A stretch of DNA of 64,000 bases. Source: Utricularia gibba. Its lineage: Eukaryota; Plantae; Magnoliophyta. The position numbers and the translations under genes are program-made. Below, one piece after another: positions 54,225 through 64,000 of the stretch. The notes below the pieces were generated by a model. The model was not told the origin of the DNA, did no database searches, and was given only the letters and a program-made list of their open reading frames with translations. The stretch spans positions 1 through 64,000 of the forward strand of contig NEEC01000012.1 of assembly GCA_002189035.1 (NCBI GenBank), written 5' to 3'. Every line of letters starts with the position of its first letter. Position 1 is the first letter of the stretch.

Positions 54225-55606
54225 ATGACATTTTCCAGGAAATTTCTCAAAACAATGGAGAGGATACTTTTTGAGGCAGTTGTCTGTGGAAATTTGACAG
54301 TTCTTCAAGGATTACTCCAAGAAGATCCATTTCTACTTGAGAGAGCTCTGTATTCATTTTATGGCAGAAGCCTCCTACACGTCGCAGTCGATCACGGTCA
54401 CCTCTGCATCGTAAAAGAGATCGTCAGCCGGAACGTGCAACTCGCGGAGCTGACGGATTTGCAAGGATCAACTCCGCTGCACTTAGCATCGGCGAAAGGC
54501 CATCTCCAAATAGCGGATTTCTTGTCATCGGCGGCACCTGACACGTGCTTCGCGCGTGACTACCAGGGGAGGAATCCCATTCACGTTGCAGCGCTGAAGG
54601 GGAGCCTTGGGGTGGTAAGAATTTTGGCGGAGAGGTCACCGATCGCAGCACGGGAGAAGACGAGTCGTTGCGAGACGGTTTTGCACTTGTGCGTCAAGCA
54701 CTCTCAGTTGGAAGTGTTGAAATTTCTGGTTACTGAGCTGGAGGACATCAGTGATGCCGGTGATGATGAGGGGAATGGAATACTGCATCTGGCCGTCATG
54801 CATCACCAAGCTGAGGTACTTGAGACCAGTAAGCAATAGGTGAATTGTAGTTAAAATGTGAGGGAATTCATTCTGTGGGATTGATTCTACGGATGCAGAT
54901 AGTCAGATACTTGATCGGAAGCACGACTGTCAAAAGAAACATCAAGAACTACAAAGGAAAAGCTCCATTCGATTCATGGCCGCCACCGAATCATCCGAAA
55001 ATGCGAGAAATCCTCAAACTAGAAGAAGAAGCACTTACTTTCACCCAACATCTCGAAAGAACAAACTGCAAGCCTTGGCTAGACAAGAGCCGTGACACGA
55101 TCATGGTGATCGCCGTACTGATATCAACCATGGCCTTCCAAGCAGCGATCGCCCCACCGGGTGGCTTCTGGCAAGACGACAGCATCCCCGACGGCCACGG
55201 TGCTGAGTCTCCGACCCCACATCGGATCGGAGAGCCGGTGATGGCCTACGCGAACCCAATGATGTACAAGAAGTTCATTGTCAACAACATCACAGCCTTC
55301 TTCGCATCGCTGACCACGATCATCATGCTGATCAGTGGGATCTGCAACAGATGGATGATCTTCATATGGGTTCTGATCATGATGATGTGGCTGTCCGTGA
55401 GCAACATCGCAGGGACCTTCGTAATCTCCGTCAATGCGATGAGACCCAAATGGGAAAAGGAGCCCTTCATTGCGCCGCTCTTGGTTGGAGATGTCTTCTG
55501 GGTAAGCGTCATGCTGACGCTTTTTCTGTGGAAAAATCGGTGCATAATTTCTGGGAGGCTGAACAAATTGAGAGGCTTGGGTGGGAACAAGCCGGTGCCC
55601 TCTTGA
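54225..55606 (+). CDS. Ankyrin-repeat plus PGG-domain membrane protein (ACD6/ITN1-like family); 2 exons, intron 54816-54898
   Basis: Ankyrin repeats (SLLHVAV, TPLHLAS, NPIHVAA, TVLHLCV, GILHLAV); GAG|GT...CAG|ATA in-frame splice; AFQAAIAPPGGFWQD and four hydrophobic segments. The start may be the ATG at 54255. Confidence 0.9.
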
Positions 55607-56219
55607 GTTGAGATGGCGTGTCCATTATTAAATGAATCTACAATGTTGACACACTAATTTTTCAATATTGGGTTGTGAATTTGAAAATTAAAAAATTGGA
55701 TTTTGTAAAAAAAAATATATTTGACAGCATGATATCAAAATATAAAGTCTTTAATTTAAATAATTTATTTTATACCTGAATTCAACCTCTGATTAGTGAT
55801 AAAAGATTGGGCTTTTCATGAGATACGGATTAGGTCCAGTGCTCAACCGATGCTGAACGAGGTACAGTTTTCATCTCTACAAGCTCTTTTGCTTGGTTCC
55901 CTAAGATATTTTTATTAATTTTTAAGTAATATGCAATTTGAAAAAAAAAAGTTAAAAATACAAAAAACAAAAAAATGTCAAGGTGAATGATGGTGAGTGT
56001 TTTGTTGAATGATCAAAGATAATTTGAGCCATCACTTATTTAGAAGCAAACATATTTTATTTATTTATTTTGTATCCAATGAAATAGTTGCAATTGAACT
56101 ATTTCAACTAATTTCATTAAAAATTTAATAAGAAAGCCTATCTTTAAATACTGTATTTTATCTGACATTACAAATACATCAATACAATATTAAAATCATG
56201 GCGAAAAAAAAAATTGGTT

Positions 56220-57870
56220 TGCTTCGCTAACATGTGTATATTATGAGGATTTGTCATTAACACATTTGAATCCGTTAATAGAGTTGGGAAACGTCCATAC
56301 CTATAGTACAATTTTGCCCATTGCCATCTAGCATATTGACAATTGAAAAAGAAATGCTATAATATTTCCAGACTAAGCTATATATAGATACTACAATTAT
56401 AAGGTAAAGCAATGTCTCTATTTATAAGCTTCTTTCATATTGACAATCTATTCCTTCTTAATCAATACCCAAAAATGTTCACTTTTATTGATAATATTTT
56501 GTTTTCTCTATCAAAATCTTGCTTGACTAATCTAATCTCCACCGATTCTCTTTATTGCTCAATATATTGTAAAGTTTAATCTATGCTACTCTTAGCTACA
56601 TTCATTTATTTCAAAGTTTAATCTGAAGTTGTTCCCCTTGTGTATTCTATGCAAAAACCTTTTGGATAGATGTCACATCTAATATTGGGAACAAGATGGA
56701 TCTAAATTTAATAATTTTTATATCATTTTTCTATTTGAATGTTGTAAAGTCAGCAAGCCTCCTCTTGAAATATAAATAACAAGGATGACTAATTTCCATA
56801 AGGACTCTTCCGGATCTAAATAACGTCACCAATATTTTGATAACAAGCCTTCATTTACAATCTATAATTTTCTAATGTTCAATCTTTCCAATGGCCACAG
56901 TTTAATAATATGTTCTCAACGTATTTAATGCATCTTGTAGTGACCTCCGTCAAAAGAAATGATTTTAGATTTTCTTAAATTGATTAAAGAGAAAAATATT
57001 ACATTAACAAAGTATTTAAAATTACATTGCAAAAAGTTAGACATCTTATGATCGATAATAACTTATTTTTTCAAGGTTGCAATCTTTTGTCACACTTCAC
57101 ACTTCTCTCCAATGAATTTGCTTTTTTCTTTGAACACCTACAAGAAAACCCAAGTATTTGAAGGGGAGGGAACCAGGATTACAACCAAGTGAAGTTGTCA
57201 TATGAAGTACGTTAATTTGTGAGACATGTATATCCATCATGCCAATCTTGTGTAGATTTATATGTAAGGCTTGAAATATTTGCAAAAAGTATTATTATTG
57301 ACATCATATTTCGAATATTTCTATAGGATAATTACATCAAAAGAATAAACGCAGTAGTATAGAATTGTGCAACGCACAAGACTTGTAGACCAGATGGGTT
57401 TATAATAGCTTTTTACAAAAATATGTTGGGAATTTATTTCTAATGATATTATGCTTTTTATGACAGATTTTGAGAGTAATACAAAGATGGTGAAATAACT
57501 AAATGCGAGTTTTATTACATTGATTCCCGAAGTGTGTAATGCAACTCTATCTAATTACAGCTCAATGTCTTCGATATTATTTCTCTGAAAAAGTTTAGTA
57601 AAGATGTTGGTGAACAGAATGCAGTAAATCTTATCAAAGTTAATCACTTTGATTCAAAGCAGTTTCCTGAAAGACATAAATATAATGGAATGTGTTTTTT
57701 GATTAAAAGAGATAATCCATTATTTAGAATAGCACATAAATCAATTGAACTGCAAAAAATTGATTTTCATAAAGCCTTCATCTCAATGAGTTGGAGATAC
57801 TTAGATCAAATCTTGCAAATAATTAACTTCCTTTGAATATGGATTTGATGGATACAAGATGATTGACATC
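56220..57870 (-). mobile_element. Degenerate L1-type LINE: 3' part on - strand (56220-57300) and an upstream RT part inverted on + strand (57330-57870)
   Basis: Minus: LHINLHK..LGCNPGSLPFKYLGFLVG and a zf-RVT-like relic near 56240-56380. Plus: PDGFIIAFYK, LNASFITLIP, KIDFHKAF..SWRYL. Confidence 0.8.
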
Positions 57871-58499
57871 AAGTGCATGTTTGGTACCAGAGATTATATA
57901 ATGAGAGTTTTAGATTATTTATGATTGATGCATATTAAATATAAGAAATTATATATTTTATATGTTTGGTATGTATGATCAAGTTTATTGTGATTAGAAA
58001 AATTGTCATGTTTGATTTGGAAGTTTCTAGATGTAGACAAAAGTAAAGAATCAAAAATACCCTCATCATATAATTTTTTATTTATTTTCCTCCCCCCTTT
58101 TCACTTTTGACACATAAAAGGTTGCATTATTGCTGCCAACACTTCTGAAAAAAAAAAGAGAACTGAAAAGAAACGATTAATCAACAAGAGACAATGGAAT
58201 AAAGAAAAAATATCAACAAAAAAGTAAGTAATTACCAATTAGCACAACAGAACACCAACAAATGGGAAAGACGGTGATGGAAGCATCAGGTAGGGTTTCA
58301 AGAAGAGATGAGTGGTAGGGATAAATAATGAATATAGAAATATATTTCAATAATCTGATATCTTTAATGGATCTATGGACAATTTTTTGTTTATCTATTG
58401 GTAATAGAATAAGCTACTTTTATCCCCTAGTTATATTCACAAGTTCCTATATTTATGTTATATTAAGGTTGTCTCATAATTAATAATATGAGAATGTTG

Positions 58500-61300
58500 A
58501 AATCTTGTTTTCATTAATAATTGTTATTTCTCTTCTAATAAATCTCTTAACTCTTCGTTGACTTCAAGTACCTCAATTTTTTTCTTGTAATTACGATTTA
58601 AAATGTGAGACCCAATGATTTTTGAATTTAAAAGGAGTTAGAACTGAATGCATATTAACAATGTGCAATAGTATTAGTACATGATCTTATATTCTTATTA
58701 AAAAGCTCTCAAACTAAATCCTTTGTCATACTTGATACAAAGTAATTAAGAGTGTTGTTGTATCAAGTTGATATCATTTCGTTTTTCATTTGATACTCCA
58801 AGTACAGTTGTAGTGATTTAATGAAAGCTCAACTAATGATAAACTTTATATAAATTATATTACAGTAAGATGTTCATTGTAACAATTCCGTCTGGTAACT
58901 TACCCTCTCAATAGAAAATATTATCAAATTAAAGTCCACCACTAAGAGAAGGTCTTCATAAAAACTTCTAAGTTTTTGTGATTATCATAAATTCTACAAT
59001 CGTAGAAATAAAAAGATATATTTATATCACATAACTTTATAATCCCTAGTTATCACAAAATATAAATTTAATGCAAAATTGTAAAGTAGATTTTAAGGTC
59101 GATCATAAGGAGTAGGTGTTTGCAATGTATTTTTCTAGATACAGATTTTAGAATAAATTTTACTATTAGTTCAAGATCAAACTGACAATAATATGCAAGT
59201 TTAATCATTAATATCAAATCACAATGTAGAAGATAACAAATGTTGGTTATATGAAGATGCCTCAAAGTATTTCAGGTGATGTGGTCTTAAAGTTTCTAAT
59301 TTAACTTTCAATTTGTTTACATGCACACTCAAAATAATTTAAGTTTATCCATGTTATTCCTTATATTTTTTGTTAAAACAATTTTTAATATCTTTATATA
59401 TTTCACACTCAAATCTACTTATATATAAAATATATACAACTAGGTTATCCACTTCTATTGGTTTTACCAAATATTACCATCTACTATCTTTGTCTTGATT
59501 CATTGATCTACCTCTAAATAAAGCATATGAGTTGTAATGATGTGTGCTTCCCTTCTTAGTTCTACCCAAGTAATGTTTGAAAGGAATTCCTAATGTATGC
59601 AATTGTAGATTATCTAGCAATCCTTAAATCACATCACCTTTACACATTTTAAGACATCCCAAAAATCTAGTCTCTCATATGTGATAAGTAAAACATGATC
59701 TCATAAAGATAAACTTAAGAAAATATCATAAGTATTGTAGACAAACAATCATAGAAGCAACATATTCAACAAACTAAAGATAAAGTGAAATAAGTTTTAT
59801 TTTTTATCTACTACAGAGTTTTCCAATAGTTATTTTCAAGGTTAAAAGTCTCCTTATTCAATCTCCCCCTTTCACATTATTCATGTTGTACTTGCTCCTT
59901 GTATTGTTTCTAACAGGTGACAAGACAATGCTTATTGTCCCCCATTGGATATTTTGCCCCCCTATGAATTGATCTATATATTTCTTAGTTCAATTTGCTG
60001 CTAATTCTTCTTCTACACTCAATTAAACATCAATACCATAAGGTAGATTAAATCAAAGGATTTAGCCCCCTTTCAAATATTAACATGAAAATAACATAAA
60101 CAACACTTAAAATAGGAAAAACTAAAACACATCCTAAATTCAAATAAAACATGATGATTTGGTATTATAAAATACTAAGAAACTGTGTGTCATTATCTCA
60201 CCTCAACATTGATCAAAGAATTGTTTTTCATTCTGAGAGCATGATTCATGCAATATTAAGTAGTAAAAATTCTTGTTGAGTTCCCTAAATTGTGATTTCT
60301 AACATTAGATGGTCATATCAATGTTCTACACATGATAACTTATATAAAGATGTATCTCAAGTTATAAAGTTTTCCTCAAACATTTTGCATCTGTAATTTA
60401 TTCATGGTCATAGAGTAAACTTCTTAAAACAAACATGTGTTGACCTTACGATGATGTAATAGTTATCATAATTGGATCATCTTCATACTTTCTTCCATTC
60501 CTCTGATATTTAGAGATATCAAAGAGATATACATTATGCTTGTTACATTATCTTCCTTATTTAGATTAGTTTTATGCACCATTCATTAAAACACCAAATA
60601 ACCTCTAAACCTCGTTTGTAGAAGGTTGCTACCCTCTCATGAAAAAAATGCATCATTTTTGCTATTGGTATTAAAATAGTTTCACTACTTCCAGTTTGCT
60701 ACTTATTATTTACTCCTCAAACTGCAAATTGATTTTCATCCACAAAGTTGATCTTTGAAAAACCTCTATCATACACTTCTAACATGTTAGAAGGAGATGT
60801 AGGTAATTCTTTTTTTTATCCAAACCAATCAATCCTCATTTGCCACAAAAAATTGCAATTTGATCGTAATATAAAAAAAGTGATTCAACCTTATTATTAC
60901 CAATACTAAACTATATTGCATCTCTTTTTTCAATTGCATGTGTTGTGATGCACAATCAACTTTATGTAAGTGATAACAAATATTCATAACAATATATTCA
61001 TTTCATACATGTAAAGGTACATCCACTACCAACCTTTTGTCAATGCTCATATATTTTTCAATGTTAAATTATAACTTTATAAAATGTTTATTATTTAAAT
61101 GCATTATTTTTTTATACTTTATGATGCTCATACTATATTAGTAATATATTACGTATTTACATATTCATGTATAACATAGGACCTGACTTTAGATTTCATG
61201 GGATTACTTCACATTAGAACCCGACGTGCATTCTATTTAAAGACATGGAAATGGAAAAACTTTGTTCAAATCTAAGCTTTGGTTTAATTTATGCACATAA
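58500..61300 (-). mobile_element. Highly decayed Ty1/copia (possibly Sirevirus-like) remnant
   Basis: Minus-strand PPT-like AAAGGGGGAGATTG at 59859-59873 and further G5-6 tracts near 59955 and 60066; no intact ORF. Confidence 0.3.
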
Positions 61301-61929
61301 ATCTCTAGAAATGAGAGACAAAAAAATAGAGATTATGAACAAGCAGAAAATATAGTGAACAATATCTAATTTTGAGAATAACTTGATGACTTTTTTACTT
61401 CCATAGATCATAATACTATGATTCAAAACCATGTTGCTTAAAATTCACATGTGTTATGTATTGGTGCTTGAAATGAATGTGAAAATCTAAAATCCATAAT
61501 GATGTAATATTATATGACTACATCAAATATGAATAACTTACACAACTCATAATATACTAAAGTGGTGTTTGAATCGTGTACAATAAATTGAAAATTTTAT
61601 TTTTACAAGGTAATAGGTGAAATAAGTTAAAGTTTTAAAAATATTTTTATATTATGCTACTTTTTAAATTTATTATTACTTTATTCAATTGACAATTTAC
61701 TTTATCTTTTTTTAACTATTTTTATATTAATGTAATTATGCACAATGCAATTTTATTCTAATGATTTCAACATAATTGATGATATATATTCATTTTCCTA
61801 TTTCGCATAATTGATAATTCAGAAATTAATTAATAATTCAATAATTCGTTCTTAATTTTTTATTTTAAAATAAATGAATTAAAATTATAATATATGTTAA
61901 TAATATTCTAATACTATAATATATATATC

Positions 61930-64000
61930 TGTTGTGGTTGAAAATCTTCGTAACGACAAGAACCGATTTTCGGTTGTGGATATGGCCAATTGCGTCATAT
62001 CCGATTAAGATCTTAGTGTTGTGCGGGGTGCGATATGGTTGACGGAAACTGAGAAAGACAGGATTTTTACGTGAAAACCGTCGGAAAACGGAAAAACCAT
62101 GGAGCTATCGGGGCTCGCCGAAAAAACAACCTTTACTAGACGGATGTGGAGAGAAAATACAAGTTAGAAGGCTTCGAGTCGAACCCTTTCTTCTTTGGGG
62201 TTTCTTATATTTATAAGAGAGGTTGACTTGATCGAATTGTGAATTCTGCAAGTGTTGGTTGCTTTCCGCGCCTGTTGTACATACTGTAGTTCTGTTTTTT
62301 GATAACCGCGAACTGCTCTGTCATCACCGTAATCCGACTACTTTTCAATCTATCCAAAACGGCCGTCGCTGACAACTCTGACACTTATCGATCTGTTGGC
62401 CTATGCATGTCTATCATGACATCTTTCAGCTGCTTTTCAGTGGCCAATTACCTTACTCCGATTTAATCCCCATCACTCACTACTCTGATTTACCGATATT
62501 GGCTTTTCCAGGGCAGGTCGGTGAATCAGAGTCACTACTATGCTGTTCTCGAGCATGCCGATTTCCCATGAATAAGTCTTAAACTGATTTAAATCGATCT
62601 CCATGCCACGCGTCATCTCCTGGATGCTCCACGTTTTTCCCGCTCATTTTGGGTACCTCAAATGACGCGCCGTTTCGACTTCCGAATACCCCCTCTATAA
62701 ATACGTGCTCCTTTAGTCATTTCTTTCCTTTGCTTCTCTGTTTTTGCCAGCCAGACTTCGGTGTTTCTTCACTCTCTATCGTGCTCGTCCGCTACATTCG
62801 CTGCCACGAAACCCACCGGAGACTACAAATTTTTCAGGTAGTTTTTCTTTTGCATCTCTTTTTGTTTGCCTTTGGGGATTTCTGGGTTCTACCGGACTTC
62901 TAATCTATTTCCTCTCGACTTTCCCTCTGAAGGTTCAAACCCTTCTGTTTCGAATCCCTCTCTTCTTCAATTCTCCAAATCATGATGGGTCAAAGGTCTA
63001 GTGAGTTGAATATTTCCTCCATTCGGTCTAAGTATTCGATTCCAGAGGAATATATCATTTCCCACGCTAAAGACGGCCAGATTTCTTGGGGATTTGGGGA
63101 AAGACCTCTTCCCCGTTTCAGTATTCCTATCCCCCTCTCCTATCTGGAAAGCAGCCTCGGATTTCCGCTTCACCCTTTACTCATTCAAGTTCTCCACATG
63201 TTCGCTATCCCCCTCTGTTTTACCGCTTTCTTATTCTATTTGGCGGGTATGGATCCAGCAATGACCCTGGTGGATTTTTTCCAACTTTTTAAATTTACGG
63301 TTCAAAAAGCTAAGCTGTCAAAGATTAAGCCATTCAGTCGCTTTCATCCTTCTAACGAGTCTCGTAGGGACGTGTATCGAAGACTTGGTGAGTGCTCTAT
63401 GAAATACGAGTCCCGGTCCCAAATACTCTCATGGGATACTTTGACAGCTTGTGGGATCCTTGGCCATACTCGAGGTGGGCAATGGTCTGACTTCATCATT
63501 CCTCCAGGTTCTAAGTTAGAGTTTTGTCCCCTCTTTCAATCTCCGCCCGATATTCCTGTCATTTCGGATACGCCCTCCACTTCCGATCCGATAATATTTG
63601 TTCCCACTAGCCCTGTCCCAAAGCCCTCAGCTCCAAAGAAAAAGAGGAGGGTTAAGGTTTCTGCTCAGAAACCCTCGAAAAACGGAAAAGTAGCCCGTAA
63701 TATTCTCCTAGTCATGAGTTCTTTTTTGTTGTTTTCATACGTTTTGGTCTGATATGCAGTTGAGGAAATGGCACGGAGGAATGCTTTGGAGGACTCGGTG
63801 ATGGCACGCTTTTCTATCGAGATGCACAGAATGCAGGAATCGGATGCAGCCCCCTCTGTGCAGGTTTGCTTGGTTTTTGCGATCCATTCTTATGGGCTCC
63901 CGACCCTAATTTCTTCACCTCTTTTTCTAGGCCGATCCCGAGGAGGCTCAAACGGATGCAACCAACTACCTTTTAGGAGGGGATCAAGCGATTGAGGTTT
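61930..64000 (-). mobile_element. 3' end of a Tat/Retand-like Ty3/gypsy element (LTR read on -), running off the window
   Basis: Edge TG at 61930 after a TA microsatellite; minus-strand TATA near 62205-62215 followed by TGTATTTTCTCTC; block shared with the solo LTR at 48200; adjacent antisense ORF. Confidence 0.6.
62982..63752 (+). CDS. Retrotransposon-associated extra ORF (putative gypsy-type transposon protein domain), antisense to the LTR, probably spliced and partly degenerate
   Basis: IRSKYSIPEEY and LESSLGFPLHPLLIQVLHMFAIP resemble the LRFPLHPF..L..F.I.P motif of Tat-lineage extra ORFs; own TATAAATA at 62696. Confidence 0.55.
   Translation: MMGQRSSELNISSIRSKYSIPEEYIISHAKDGQISWGFGERPLPRFSIPIPLSYLESSLGFPLHPLLIQVLHMFAIPLCFTAFLFYLAGMDPAMTLVDFFQLFKFTVQKAKLSKIKPFSRFHPSNESRRDVYRRLGECSMKYESRSQILSWDTLTACGILGHTRGGQWSDFIIPPGSKLEFCPLFQSPPDIPVISDTPSTSDPIIFVPTSPVPKPSAPKKKRRVKVSAQKPSKNGKVARNILLVMSSFLLFSYVLV

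Overview
Plant (angiosperm) nuclear chromosome end. Bases 1-~240 are (CCCTAAA)n telomere, degenerating to ~750, followed by ~10 kb of decayed transposons (Ty3/gypsy, Harbinger-like, LTR fragments, a MITE). A compact gene block follows: a B3 Raf-like/EDR1-type MAPKKK (-), UAP56 DEAD-box helicase (+), CesA1 (-), tRNA-Ser(GCT) (+), ERECTA (-), a CYP72A P450 (-) and an SLC25A44-like mitochondrial carrier (-). From ~41 kb on it is TE-rich (LTR fragments, hAT transposase relic, hAT and MULE MITEs, copia, LINE, a Tat-like gypsy end) with one ankyrin-PGG gene (+). I found no convincing wholly new biological system. Best second-look items: two GC-AG introns in UAP56 and one in ERECTA; three single-base homopolymer deletions in essential genes (probably assembly errors); a ~1.2 kb foldback upstream of CesA1; a LINE with twin-priming-type 5' inversion geometry; a spliced antisense gene in an LTR element; and an unexplained structured GC-rich island near 34.6 kb. 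All alignments and translations were done by eye and family assignments are from memory; TE boundaries are approximate.
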